From Nageia nagi (taxonomy: Eukaryota; Plantae; Pinophyta): a stretch of 64,000 nucleotides of DNA. The stretch spans positions 157,294,001-157,358,000 of the forward strand of contig JBITNC010000001.1 of assembly GCA_050084985.1 (NCBI GenBank), in the 5' to 3' direction. Below, piece by piece: positions 50,341 to 64,000 of this stretch (position 1 is the first letter of the stretch; each line of letters starts with the position of its first letter). Position numbers and translations under genes: made by a program. The notes under the pieces were generated by a model. The model saw nothing but the letters and a program-made list of their open reading frames with translations. It had not been told where the DNA came from and ran no database searches.

Positions 50341-50349
50341 TCCTATATT

Positions 50350-53300
50350 CACAATGAACCTAGTAGAACATACCCGTCAGAGGTTGTCGCACCTTGAAAT
50401 CCTACCAGACCCAAAATATAAGTGTTTTGGATCTTGCATCCTCGAACATGGGCGTTTAGAACCTTCTTCCTGGAATGCAGACAAGTTGGTCATTGAGCTA
50501 GACTGATTCTGAATCACTTGGGTGTTTAGATGTACTTGGCTCATCGTTCGATGTCATTTCCATGTTTTGTATTTCCTACTGAAAAACGTTCATTGCTGCA
50601 TTGAATTCAGGACATTCAGACTCTCCATGTGATGTTCTAGCGTGCACTCCACCAATTGGATAAGCTTATACTTGATAGATTAACGTTATTCACTTGATTG
50701 ATACTATTGTTTACAACAGGATTTGGAACATTGCCGTTATTTTGACCAGCGTTCCATGTTCTATTTGTCCTCTGGAAGTTAAAATTCCTCGGTGTATCAC
50801 CTTGATTATTCTGATTACGGTCTTGATGATTCTGACTTCTTTCATTTTGTTGATTATGATTACCATGACTTTGATTCAATTCCATTTGAGTCATCTTGTT
50901 GCCCATTTTTTGTACCAGCTTCTTAAGATCTTTTGTTTCCTGCTTTTTTCCCAAACTATTTGTGGCATCAACCTTTGGATTCGTAACTTGGCTAGTGGGA
51001 TTGAAGAGGGTGGGCTAGAATGGAGCACTTGGATTGATATAAGTACTTGTATCAATTGCCAATGGTATAGTTAGGGGTGGAAGTGTTTGTGAATTTACCA
51101 CACCTTTAGCGCTCAAATTTTGAGTAAGGGCATTAGATGGATGAATGGATTGCATGCTGGTCACATTCATTTCGGCGACTCCTTGTGGGTTGAGCTCTTG
51201 TTCAATCTTCAAGGCTTGTGAATAGGCAATATGTAGTGTTGTCATTATATTTTAACTTTTTCAGGAAAGATGCCGTTAGACTATCGAGTGCTCTTAAGTA
51301 CATTTGTAACGCATAATCTCCATCAACTTTGTATGGGTTCATGAGCTTGGAGTATGCTTTCTGAAATCTGTAGTTAAACATTTGAAGTGGCTCAAGGGGT
51401 TGTCGCTTAGTCATTTCAAGTTGATTGTATAGAATGGTTGGATCGATGGGCACACCGAATTGATTCAAAAAATGATTGTTTGAGTTGTGTTCGTGAAGTT
51501 ATCGATCATTTTGGTAGACTAGCATACCACATTGTAGCTACGTTGTCTAGAATATTTGGGAACAAGTAGCAAGCCACATCTTCATGCGCCACATCTAGTC
51601 TTCCTGTTTTGTCTTTGTACAAGTAAATATGCTCTTTTGTTGTTAGTGGTCCATCGTGAACGAATTTCGGTAGGAATCTATCTGGATTCTTTAGGCATTT
51701 GTGTGCCTGTCCTGCAATGTTGATAGGTCTTCCCACCAACCATATTGATGTTTTTGCCATTGGATTATTCGGATTTTTATTTGCAAATTGAACAACTTGT
51801 GGATGAGTTGGTGGCACAATAGGTTGGGCTATTGATTGCACAATCGGTTGTGAGATACTAGGAGTAAAAATCGGTGGTGTAACAATTGCTCTAGGGGAAG
51901 TATGTTGCGTTGGGGTGTGCTAGACCTTGCTAGATTGAATTCGGATACTGGGCTAACTGGAGTTTGATCTATCTCTTTATTCAACTCCCTTTTAGTTGCT
52001 TGTTTTGCTTCTGTAGTTACCCTTGTACTGTAAACAAATTTGTTCTCTCTTGTAGGTCCCAACTTGAAGCTTTTAAAGGAGCAAGATAAAAAAAGAGAGA
52101 AGAAAACTCAAGAGACAACGGTTAAGTAGAACACCAAAAATGACCCTCTTCTAGCACCAATTTATGTTGGAAAGGAAATCTTTTCTCTTACTCGACGATC
52201 ATCATGAGATGATCAAGATGGGAAAGCAACCCAACAATATGTGAGAATGCATTAGTAGACTCCTCTTGTAAGGAATGATACCCCAAGGCTTCTTACGGAA
52301 AGCTTTTGTTGTTAATAAAAGCTTTAAATTGTGAAGGTCTTGTTTGGGAATCAACTTAGTGATGGGATAGAGGTGGTGACTGTTAACACATTTTTTATAG
52401 GGACTGAGGTGTTTATCTTGCAATACTTCAAACGTTGCTATGGATTTTAAAGAAAATAAAAAAAAAAGAAAAGAAAAAGGTGAGAATGAGGTGGATACTT
52501 GGCCGAATTTTGAAGAAAAATAAACTTTCTTTCTTTCAGATCAGTCAAGAGGTCTTGTTCAATTTATTCAACTTTGAAAAGAAGTGACTATTGTCTAATC
52601 GTTTCAAAGAGGAGGAGAAAGCAAAGTTGATTGTTGATACTCTGTGAACGAGACCGAGCATTCAAAAGAACTTAGAGTGGGTCACGAGGACAATTAAGTT
52701 TTGAGCAAGTCTAATTTGATATCTAAAAGAAAGGCAATTCAAAATACAAAGCATTTATACATGAAAGCAATGGATTAACAACAATTTGGGACAATTCAAA
52801 CACTTAAAGAAGATTTCCAACAAATTCTCCTAAAACTTGTGAGCTTTCAAGGAGATAACATGAAAATATTCGAATTACGATAAATTTCTCTTAAATGATC
52901 AATCCACAACTCCAATTGATGATAACACACTTGGAATGAATATTTAGCCACTTGTATCATGTAAAAGAGTTTACAAAAAAATTTCAAAATTTTTCTTCCT
53001 TTACAAAAAATTGACTTTTCTACAAAATTTTAATTTTGCCAAAAAGAGACCCCCTATGGTCTATTTATAGAAATTCTAGGGTTTCCAATTGTTGCTCTAA
53101 TTTAAAATTAAAAAACATAGATAAATTAAAATATTACAATTTGCAGGTATGGCTAAGTGAGCTAACTTTTGGTGCTCTACTAGCCAGGCTAATTGGTCAT
53201 GAGGTAGTGTTAGTTGAGTTTTGGTGCTCAACTGTCCTTGTTGACTGATCATAAAATTTTGGAAATTTACTAGTTTTGAAGTGATTGATCCATGGATTGT

Positions 53301-56300
53301 ACATAAGATGCAATGACTTCCTTATAATTGGATTGAAGTTGCTGGGCTAGCTAATGAAGTTGACTGATGTAGTTGATCCTAGGTTGATTGATGTAGGTGA
53401 TTTAATTGCTCATTTTTGATCAATTTCGACATACACTATCGTCAACATAATAGAAATGGGTGTACTCAAGTCCAATCTTGAAATCCTTTTCTAGCTTGGT
53501 GCATTTTGCATGCTCCGTAGTTTCAATTGATCATCCCAAAGATGTGTTTTGCATGCTCGATTGAGTTTGATGTCACCAAACCCCTCCATTCCTGCGCCTA
53601 GCTCTAGCTTGTGTAAATCTTGCCCATTTTGCTTGCTTCTTGGACCAAGGTGTGTAGAGTCCAATTGGATTTGTGCTCATGAAATTGTGTGAAATTTGAA
53701 ATTTTGAACAAATTTGAGGAATTTCACCCCTAGGCACCAATTTTCATGTGTTTCATAATGTCAAAGCCTTCCATACCCGTGCCTAGCTTGAGGAGGCAGT
53801 AGACTTACTTGAAATTCGAAATAGGTAAAGCATAAATATGCTTGGAATGTGATTTTGTGCCAAACCCATGTTTTTGTTTCCTAAAATTTGCACCTTGAAA
53901 TTTGGTCCACTTGGTCTAGTCATGCATAGGCGACAATTTTGAGGGTTTGGTGGTGTCAAAGGCATGCAAACATGCGCCTAGCCTTTTCTAGTGCAAAAAT
54001 TTGTCATTGTCAAAAATCCTTCAGCCATTTGATGTGGAATTTGAAGGGCAATCCTCTCATGCTTTGAAGAATTTTTTGACCAAAATAGATCCTTGCTCAC
54101 CCTAGGTGCTAGAAATTTGTGTTTGATATCATCAAAGTGGGGAAAACTTGCACCTAGGCTTGGAAGATGAATTCTTGCTCAATTTTGAAAACCCTTTAGA
54201 CCAAAGGTGTAAAATTTGTAGCGCAATCCTTTCAAATTTTCAAGAAAATTTACAATTTTTTTTGTCAAAATGCTCATATGCCTCCCTTAGGCGCTAGAAA
54301 TTTACCTTTAATGTTGCCAAAGGGATGTAATCTTGTGCCTAGATGGGAGAGCCTTAATTTTGGAGCAATTTTAAAAGTTCCAAGATTAAGACTTGATGGA
54401 TTTTAGCTCTTCTTCAATACCCATATTTTTGAGATTCCATTTGATCATGTCGAAATTTGAGGTGCAAGCATGTTAGGTGCCAAAATTATAGCTTTGGTGT
54501 CACCAAAGGAGTCCAATCATGCGCCTAACTCTTGGGGATGAAAATTTGGTCCAAATGGGTTGTTGTAAATGACATTCCTGTGTATTTTTACACTCTCCAT
54601 CATGCCAATGTGGGCTATTCCTCTGATGGGCATCGAAAATTGAGCTTTGATGTCATCAAAGCACCGTAAACCTATGCCTAGCTTGAAGAGGCATGTTTCT
54701 ATTCCATTTTCGAAACTTCCAAGAGCAAAGTTGCTCATCTTTCTATTCTCCACAATACCCATATGCTAGATTTTCGATTTTGCAAGGGTCAAATGTCATG
54801 ATTTTGAGGCATGAGTATGCTAGGCGCCAAAAAATTTGGTTTGAAGATGTGATGATCCAAAATTTAAATTTAGCCACCAACAAGCAATATAGGATCATCA
54901 AGTCCTGACATTAGGTCTAGGGCATCATACACTGCACAACAAACCCTCAAACATGCAATGTTAGGGTTAGGGCATTAACATTACACGTTCAGATACCCAA
55001 AATGCCAATGTCTAGTATATGCAAGTATACATTAATGAATACTATCTCAGAATGCCAACGTCTGGCTCATACATGCATAATCGAAACCCTAACACATTAA
55101 GGTGCCTTTGAATGATAATCACAAACATACACAATCATCAAGATCCAACACATGCGCAAGATGAAGCACTACACATAAGCATGAGATCCAAATGCCCTTT
55201 GGCAATACGAATGATATATAATTGTAGCAAATACAATATCAAGCCCAGTGGGCAGTTTTTGGCCTCAAGGGAGCCAACTAGGGTAGAACACTTAGAAATC
55301 TCCAACATTGAACAACTGTAGAACCACAAGATAGATTCACTCCCTTAGATTTCGAGTACTCTCCATTGAAGGAGCCTTCCTCGGTACTTGGCTAACCAAT
55401 TGAATGGTAGAAGTAAATCCTTGGGATGCCACCGGATGGGCAAAGGTGCTCCACCAATGCTGTAGATAATCAAGATCCCACTGCTTGAGTACCCTCTAAA
55501 TGCGCTGCCTAGGAATGGATGCTTAGCACCTCTAAGACTCTGTGTTCGAAGGAATGTAATAGAAGTAATGATCAATAATGGCTGTCCAATACTGAAGCTC
55601 CAATGTCTATTTATACATTACTTGTGTTCGAACTCACGTAGAAGTCATCCCACTCCCATCTAATCCAATGTTGGGTATTTGGGGGGCCCAATCACTTAAA
55701 GTGTCAATGTGGGGGTCATGATCACTTATGATGCCAATGTGGGGGTCATGATCACTTAATGAGCCAATGTGGGGTCCCTAACACTTAAAGTGCCAACGTG
55801 TGTGTCTTGGTGCCCTCATGAGCCATCGTGGGGGTATGGGTCCCTCCCTAGTGTGGTGCTAGCATGTTGGTGGCCGTCCATCAACTTAGTGCATAAATAT
55901 ACCTTGGGATTCCCATAATCCAGGATCTCCAATGCAATACATGCCTATTCTACTACTTAGGAGGAAGATGTCCCAGTTGGGGCTCACAGTGGGGTCCATT
56001 TAACCCATTAAGTCTCCTATACTAAGTTACGCAATGCAAATACAAGCACGTGAAATAAGTATAGTAAAAAATGAGCAGATTGGTCCCACTAAAAGTACAA
56101 GGGGGATATCACAGATGATGTCAAACCCCCTAAAACTTGCGTCTATGTGCTTGGGACACAAATTTTTAGGTTTTTCAATAATTCCAAGCCCAAACTTGCC
56201 TGATTTTACCCCCTACAGCTTGCCATGTCATCGAAATTGGGATCAAAATTTTGCAAAATTAGGCTTGTGGAAGCTAGGTGACAAAAATTTGGCTTTGATG

Positions 56301-56913
56301 GCCTCAAACGCCTCAAATCATGCACCCAATTGTCCTTGGTGAAAATTTGATCCAATTCGAAAAATTCCAAGCCTAAAGTTGCTTGAAATTTGACCCTTCA
56401 TAGCTTGGCATCCTCAAAATTCGCTTCAAATTCCATCTAAAATACCTCCATTTTGCCTTAGGTGCGAATTTCTAGCCTTTGATGGCATCAAAGCTTGGGA
56501 AATTGCACCTAGCTAGGAGAAGCAGCAAACTTGATTGAATCCTAAAATTTCCAAGCCTAAACTTGATTGAAACAAGGTCCTCTATTGGCCTGTGTCTTCT
56601 GATTCCAACTTTGGCAAACTTTAAAAAACGACTCCATCTTCATCAGTTCCATTCAAGGCCCAAAAATTTTGTATTCTAATGAAGTCACTGAATCCTGGCT
56701 CCCTTATTGCAAAACTAGTGACTAGATGCTTTGATACTCTTTAGGGTCTTCGACGAGTAATCTCCATGAATCGCTCCATGATATCATGTTTTCACTCTTC
56801 AGAATTAACTATCGGTCGCTAAAAACCAATTTCATGGCATTGCACCTCATTGGCTTTGGAAAAATAGGGTCTCCAAAATCTTGTATTTTGGGGTGTGTTG
56901 TGTGGGCACAACG
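50350..56913 (-). mobile_element. 5' part of a Tat-family gypsy element: long 5' LTR (52165-56913), tRNA-Asn-type PBS, decayed gag
   Basis: PBS TGGTGCTAGAAGAGGG (minus, 52144-52159). gag FLPKF..HEDVACYLFPNIL..ATMWYASLP..QFG..FNYRFQKAY. LTR ends are CAACA (52165) and (T/C)GTTGTGCCC (56913). Confidence 0.8.
54848..56113 (-). mobile_element. Solo LTR (TSD GAAGA/GATGA) with ~31-bp internal tandem repeats
   Basis: TGTGATGATCC...GGGGGATATCACA, homologous to 16743-17923. Repeats of AATGTGGGGGTCATGATCACTTA at 55690-55830. Confidence 0.8.
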
Positions 56914-59900
56914 GATTCTAAATATTCTTCATGCTGGTCACTGGAAGCATTATCTTTTGGAACCTCTTCAATTACATGAACAGACCTTGTGAATTTGACA
57001 TCCTCTTCATTTGTTCCTTCATCAAAATCATAAGCAACATCTTTGACTTTTTCATCACGAAGCTCATTAATATAATAACCATCATCCCTTTTGGTGAAAC
57101 CTAGATCCCTTTCCTTCCTTTTGTCATTGCCTTTTTTTTTCATGTGCTTGTACTTTATGCAAGTCTCCTTGTGATGAAGTGGCCCCCTTGTTCTTCTTGT
57201 ATGTATCAAGCCAAGTAGCAAGGATTTCCCTATCCTTGTAGTAAAACATCTTCACAAAGTTTCTGAAAGGTATGGCATCTTTGAAACCTTCAATATTCCC
57301 TTTTCATTCCATGATTAGAGCATCCAAGTCCTTGAGTAAATCTTTCGAATTTGGTGTGATAGCCCAAATGCCTACATTCTGATCTATTGCTATTAATAAA
57401 TGACTCATTGCTTTGAACAAGGCATCTGTCTCTTGCTCTTTCATGATTAAAATAACTTATCCCTCCAAACCTTATCACTCCATGCTTGCAATGTCAAATT
57501 TCTTCTTAAAATTTAGATTGTAGAAATGAAATTGGAAATTCCGAAATTTACTTGAACCTAGAAAGTAGTGTCTTCAGGTGGAACAATCTTGATCCAAGTG
57601 CAAGATCTAACGATGAACTGTTCAAGCTAGGCACCAAGGTCGTACATCTCACCTTTCTCTCCTCAAATATTGCAAATTGGTGCAAAAAGCTCCAATGTTT
57701 GCCTTAAGATCCTTGAAAACTACAAATCAAATTCCAAAAACTGCAATGCTATCCTCCAGGGGCCAATGAATGAGATCTAGTGCCTAAAATGTGCTTCCAG
57801 AGGTGCAACGAACTAGCTGATGGCCTTGAGACTCCCCAAAATTGATAGGAATTCACCAGTGTGTCCTTTTGATGGCTCAAATTTCAGATTTGGATGCCTG
57901 AAATCCCCCAGACCCCCTTTTACTTGCATAATAGTGTCTAGATCTTCGAATACAATTTTAACTTTTTTAGATCTTTACCCAACAGAATGGTAATATCTAA
58001 GCTCTACAATTTCTCTGCAGCAAGATAGAGAGATCTTCTTCTCTTCCTAACAAATGTAACTATTCCACGATCTAACCTAGTAGGATGGCAAGATCTTGGC
58101 TTTGATACTATTGTAATGAGCCAAACTAGGGCTCATTTGAAGTTGCATAATTCTTTTTCGTGAATTATCACAAAAATTCCTAATTGATGCAACGATTTGT
58201 TCCTAGCACAAAATAAATGTTTAAATATGCAAAACGTGCCCTAGGAGAGGGATGTCTCACTTGCAATGCGAGATTTGGTTAATAATAATCAAAATAATGC
58301 AACGTCTGACTCTAAACTCATGATCTCAATTGGGAAAGCCAACATCTAGCTTCCACGAGCTCCAATAGCAAGAGAACGCTCACAAACACCCAACGTCTAA
58401 GTTAGAATGCTCAAATCATCCAATGATTCATAACAATTGTATAAAGTCAATGAAATAGCTAAGTTCTCATGCATAAACTCCAATGTCTCGTATAGTAGTT
58501 CAAGAACTCATCAATCAAACAATAAACTCAATATCTTATACATGCATTCCAATTTCCAAGTTTAGAGTGTAATATCACAATACAAACTCTCAATTTTGGC
58601 AAGGTATGCAGCGCCTAATATAGCAAGAATACTCAATTACATTTAAGGATCTGGCAAGGATGGTAATTCTCTCTGACAAGCTAATGCCTGAAGGCTCCAT
58701 TAGTCCCTTATGAAGAGGAATGTCAACCGCTCCTCAAGAATGTGGTGAATCATGATTGCAATCTTTTGAAACTCCGATACATACTCATCCACCGCTCCTT
58801 GCTGCCTCAAAGATGTCAGATCCCAGAAGTAATCATTCTCCTTCTTCCGATCAATTCTCTTTAGCAATCGTCTGGCAAACTCATCAATGGAGGTAATGAG
58901 TGAGTAATCCTAGCTGATTACTCCATGTTGCCACCATTCGAGGGCATCACCCTCAAAATGTAATGATGCAAAATGGATTGCATCTTCCTCCACCATGTTT
59001 GGGCTCAAGGTAAAGTAGGTCTGCAGTTGATGTAGCCATGCCCTAGCAGTCATCATCTTCCTATCATACATTTGTACTTGCATTTTATTTATCTTCTATT
59101 GCAGGTCTCTCTTATCTCCCCACAAGCTCCTTGGGGTATGTGGACCGTGTGTACTGCTCCCCTTCAACCCTAGGATCTCTAGGTAGCCATTGAAGTTGAC
59201 ATCTCTCTTCAAGCCCGGATCCAACATAGAGTACTCCCTGAAAATCTGATTCAGCTCAAGTGTTCCAAAAACCCTATTCTTTGTCTCTTCTCCTGACTTC
59301 TTGGCGAACATGGGTTTGGACGGCTTGGGGATAATGGCTTGTTCCTCAATCTTGCCAATGTCCTCATCTAGGTACCTCCATAGGAGAGGGTTAGTACCCT
59401 ATGGTGCTCGTTGTGAGTGGGATCTCGGGAATGTGGGTTTTGGACGACCCATAGATCCGTGATGAGTTCATTCCTAATCTCTCGGACTACAGGATCTCCT
59501 CATACTCGCCTCCCTATCTGCTTTGTACTCTTCATGCGGCTCTTCTCCTTCATTTGAGATAGGATGTGGGGGGCTAATGTACCTTTCTTGCTCCTCTCAA
59601 ACTCCCACATGTCTGTTCAATTGCCTTTGCATGGTGGTGATGGCTCCCTTGATGCTATGAATGGCCAAAACAAGCTCATTGAACTTCCGTTCAGGTGTGG
59701 ATTCCCGAGCCGGTGTAGGGCTTTCTCCTCTGGCCGATGCAGATCTCCCTCTTGGCGCATGATTCTCCTCTTCATAGTCACCTTCGTTTGGCACCTCATT
59801 CATCCATGGCTGACGTTCTTCCTCTTGGACAACCCTAGAAGGTGTGTCTTCTTCCTATGACTTTCCGCTCGTGGCAGATGCCATCTCCTTCCGAATGGTG

Positions 59901-61606
59901 GATCTAGTGTAATAGCGGTGAACTGCAAGTATCATTCATAGGTTCGCTAGATTCAAGCTCTGATACCATTGTAAAGATCCAATTACAAACTCAAGTGCAA
60001 TTAAATTGAACACAGGCAAATATAGCCAACGTCTGGACAAGGCTACTAGGAATAAGCATTCAAACCCTTAAATTGCCAACGTTGGAGCTAGGGCATGTAA
60101 TACAAGTTTGCACTACACAATTATGCCAACATCTGGCTCATATATGCATGAAGGAATAATTAAACTACAACGTTGCAATAATGAACAAATATTATAAAAC
60201 ATGAGATCTAAATGCTCACTAGCTGTATGAATGATATGCAATGAACAATGATACAATACCAAGCTCCCAGAGCTGGACGTTGGCCTCTAAGGAGCCAACT
60301 AGGGCACAACAAATATCCTCAAGCTAGATGGATGGATGGGACAGTCTTGCTCCCTCAAAACCTTAACCCTCTCCATCGAAGGAGCCCTCCTCTGATCCTG
60401 GAAGCAACTAAAGGTAGAAGTGCAACCTTCGAATACCACCAGATGGGCAAGGATGCTACACCAGTGTTGTAGACTAGCAAGATCCCTCAGCCTGCTAATC
60501 TTCCTAGATGCTGCACCTATGGGTTTGCTTGGCGCTACGCGAAGTCTCTTTTCCTCTGGACGATGTCAAGTGTAATAATAATCAAGTATATCCAGCTATG
60601 AGGCTCCAATGCCTTTTATAACACTTTACAGGATTTGGATCTCACCTAGGAGTCATTACCTAGCTCCTCTAATCCAACGTTAGCTTCCTGGGGTCCCAGA
60701 ATGTCCAACGTGGAGACCTAGGGGTCAGGCATGGTCAACGTGGGTATCCAGGAGCTATAAATGCCAACATGGAGGTCTGGAGTGCCACGCATGCCTAATG
60801 TGGGTTTAGGAGTCATGCGTGGGGCTAAGGTGTCATCATGGGCCAACGTGGGGGTCTAGGAGTCTTCCCAAGGTTGGCGCATGTACATAAGTGCTCATTC
60901 ATCCACCTAAGTGCTAAATAGATAAAACTTTTAATCTATGCTTTGGACTTGGCGCTCACAATGGGGTCCATTGACCCATTAAGTCTTCTATTGCATGTCC
61001 TAACTTAAAGCATAATAACAATAATAAAATACAATACAAAAGTGGAATCCGTTGGATTCCATATGTAATTATAAATGTGCAAGGGGGACGTCACAAAATC
61101 ATAAATATTCCTTGGTATCAATATTATGTCAACATTGGTATTTCTCAAATATATATTAAAGTATTATATTACTCCTAATTGCACTAAAATGCCCAACGTC
61201 CTATAATTGGAGTGTTTATTTATGAATTTAAGCATCCAAGTGGAACTTACCCAAATAATAGGGCCATTTATTGCAAACATTGAAATTTCTTCTAACTAAA
61301 TATAAATCACTTCTAAATTAATAACAATTGTACATCCCTAGAAAAGAGACGTGACCTTCCTAGTGGTCAATTGGAAAGAGAATCTCGGATTACCGTGTGC
61401 ACGCGATATGGGAAAACTGGCTTGATAGGCGAACTTCAAAATGCCATAACTTCCTCGTTTCTTGATGAAATCATATCGTATAACTTGTCAAAACGAATGG
61501 CACGAGGACCTTTTTCAATTTCGAGTGACGAAACATCTATTTTGTAGAAGATGAAATCTCCTTGAAGCCAAATATGAGTAGAACCTTACAATTTGGGAAT
61601 ATTACC
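56914..61606 (-). mobile_element. A-like LTR element 'D' (internal remnant, degenerate PBS 58099-58110, interrupted 5' LTR 58112-61606)
   Basis: GCTTTGATACTA is a degenerate reverse Met PBS followed by TGTAATGAGCC. 61340-61520 is homologous to the A-family LTR start. Confidence 0.6.
58620..61095 (-). mobile_element. Gypsy (chromovirus-like) element 5' part: LTR 59970-61095, Met PBS 59957-59968, decayed gag
   Basis: Perfect GCTCTGATACCA. gag ARAWLHQLQTYF..DAIHFASLHFEGDALEWWQHG..LRQQGAVDEYVSEF. Confidence 0.85.
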
Positions 61607-62686
61607 TATATTTTGAGAATATATGTATTTTGACTTGTTGTGCTTGTTAATTAAATTTTGAAATGGTAAAGATATTCTTTATCTCGTATTATGTTTGAAC
61701 GAATAAATGATTAGGTAATAAATGTAATATTATGTAACATAGTCTCGAACTTGAAGAATAATGTTTTAAGCAACATATAAAAAATATAATAATAAATAAA
61801 TTAATAAATCTATATCTGATTAGACACCTCGGTGTATGGCATAGATAGATTTGTGACCATACATCGTAATGACACCATAAGGGATATGGACAGGTGGTTG
61901 TTGAGCAGGATGGTGGTTTCTTGTCAATAGATATGGGTAGATGAGATATTTGTAATGTTGTCGGATGATGACAATTATAGCAATTATTCCTTTCACACGA
62001 AGTGAAAGCAATAGAATTGTACCATAGGGCAATGAGCGCTATATAAGTTTATTTATTGTTACTAGCAGTAGTCTCATTCATGGGTGGTATGAAATGAGGT
62101 AACTGTATCAATAGGTGATGGTGTCATATAAAATTACTTATCGGGGAACGATATGATATTATTTGAAAAAGCGCAATCTTTGGTGATATGGGCCCCAAGA
62201 GGAACCCAATCAACACCGTGATCAAAATGTTTGCAATTACGAATCTGGTAACGAGAAATGGATTGATCACCTTAAAGCATGTCTTCTAATGGATGAAGTT
62301 AGTTGAGTAAATTTGGGAAACTCATGTCAACTATGGGGTTTGATCAACTCATTCAACTTGGATGGTCATTTGCAACAACTATTAATCCAAAAGTGGGGAT
62401 TGTCTTGTTCAATTCATAGGTGTATGATAAATCATAAAACAACCCATATAGCCTTTTGACTATATTGACAGTGATTAATCAAAGGTTGATCATAAGCAAA
62501 AGCATGGGTGATAAGGACTAACCATTATGATCAGTATGGTAAGGTTATAATCAAATTAAATAAATCATAGCTGAAAAATCATATTGTTTAGGGTAGTGAT
62601 TAACCTAAGGTTGATTCCAAGTGGAAGCATGGGTGATAGGGGTTAACTATTAAGCTGGTATGATATGGCCTAAATGAAGTTAAGCA

Positions 62687-62726
62687 TATTTTATCATATA
62701 TATATATATATATATATGATAAAATA
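62687..62726. repeat. Perfect 40-bp palindrome centred on (AT)11
   Basis: TATTTTATC-(AT)11-GATAAAATA. Confidence 0.9.
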
Positions 62727-64000
62727 AAAAGATAAGAAAGAATGTAGGCCAAGGATATCCCACTTGTTTGTTTTGGCATTGTTTGCTTTCACTACACTTG
62801 GTAAGGACATTTTGGATGGAGTTGCTTCTCTTTTCATAGAGTCACACATTTTGGATGTTCTTGTGTCGCAGACCTAACCTGAGGTCTATTGTTAGAAAGG
62901 CATATTTCTGTTTCGTACTTGTAGGATTACCGGCCAAAACATGATTGCCAATTTCCCAACACAAGGAGCAACTTAGAATTCTCCAGCAATAGCAATGTCA
63001 ATATCAATTTTAACATCTGAGTTATTTTACATTTTTTCAAAAATAAGGAATTAACATAAGCGACACCTCAGCATGAATATAACAATTTTGCAGGGTAAAC
63101 GCAATTTTAGCATTTTTGTAGTTTTTAATCTAACACTTTTTGCTTTAAGTTGACTGTTCAACATTGGTCTTCACATGTAGCCCAAAGCAAGAATGGGCAA
63201 TCAATATCTTTTCACTTTAAAAAGAATGTGCTCATCCATTCTTTTTCCTGCCCTTTTCAGCCCTTGGGGCAAGGACAAGTCTTTGATCATATTATTACGA
63301 GCTTTTCGAAAGTTGTTTTTTTGGCTAATGCCATCTTGTAGGATCTTAACAAGGGCAATTGTCCAAGGTTTTATCATATATCCTTTTATGTTTTAGCCAT
63401 TTGAAATGACTTTAGTTGAGCGTTTTATTTGATATAAGCAAAATGTCTTTTTGGGATCCAGTTGGGGTAATTTTTCAAAATTGAGTAATATGTTCTAATA
63501 TTGAATTATCTTATGTGCACATCAACTTAAGTGAATTCAAAATTATACTTTTCAGAATCTATATAAGGCAAGGAGCAAAGGCTCATTTAATAGAAAAATA
63601 TGATTGGAATCTCTTGAAACAAATGAGGAATGTATCGAACAACTCTTTGGCATGCTCTAACGCTATTATCTTTTTCAAGACTTGTTTTCTTCCAAACTTT
63701 TCCTTAAGCCCTATTTGTAGGTACCAAGACTCACTATGCTTAGAATGTGCGCATTTTAGACCATATGCCCTAAAATTCTTGGATGTTTTGGAACCTTTGT
63801 CCTAGAACGTGGGTGATATGGTTTTTGAGCCAGATAGACCCAGAAACAGTTGTAGGAGCCGAGGCAGCCTAGTATAATACAAGTTAGTCATTCATCTTTC
63901 AAGGTCACAAGCTGCCCATCAATCTATCTTCGATTCATAGATTCTAGATAATTCTTCTCCTTATATCCTCTTGTAAACTTGCATGATCTAAATTGATAAA

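Noticed and set aside
63350-63396. RAIVQG as a candidate TOP3A exon 9
   Set aside because: The downstream residues do not resemble topoisomerase III, a stop follows quickly and there is no convincing acceptor.
61620-64000. Possible further TE or gene fragments
   Set aside because: No motif or boundary could be supported by eye.

Overview
AT-rich plant nuclear DNA, most likely a conifer (inferred from giant TE-filled introns and the PPR and retroelement styles). The only host gene with an intact reading frame is the 5' part of DNA topoisomerase 3-alpha (TOP3A, + strand). Eight GT-AG exons run from 7887 to 47549 and include the TOPRIM motifs and the catalytic GFISYPRT tyrosine; the gene continues beyond the window. 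Upstream are shattered PLS/E-class PPR pseudogene fragments (~1060-3960) and an endogenous caulimovirid (4808-7490) that abuts the TOP3A promoter. Intron 1 (32.4 kb) is a nest that can be resolved by target-site duplications. A copia RT is split by a 26 kb pol-less LTR element (TSD GGAAG), which holds two solo LTRs, a Tat-type gypsy pol, a ~7.8 kb LTR-bounded unit carrying a decayed ~1,050-codon ORF, and a full-length RTEX-like LINE. Introns 7 and 8 hold further LTR and hAT remnants. Best leads: (1) an apparent gene inside an LTR with its own TATA box; (2) a caulimovirid polyprotein with a Florendovirus-ORF2-like domain fused in frame to RNase H; (3) an RTEX-like LINE family with (TTTC)n tails, inserted twice at TAAT sites of one LTR family; (4) an R-to-M change in the TOP3A DREGE motif. 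All homology calls are from motif recognition by eye, with no database search.
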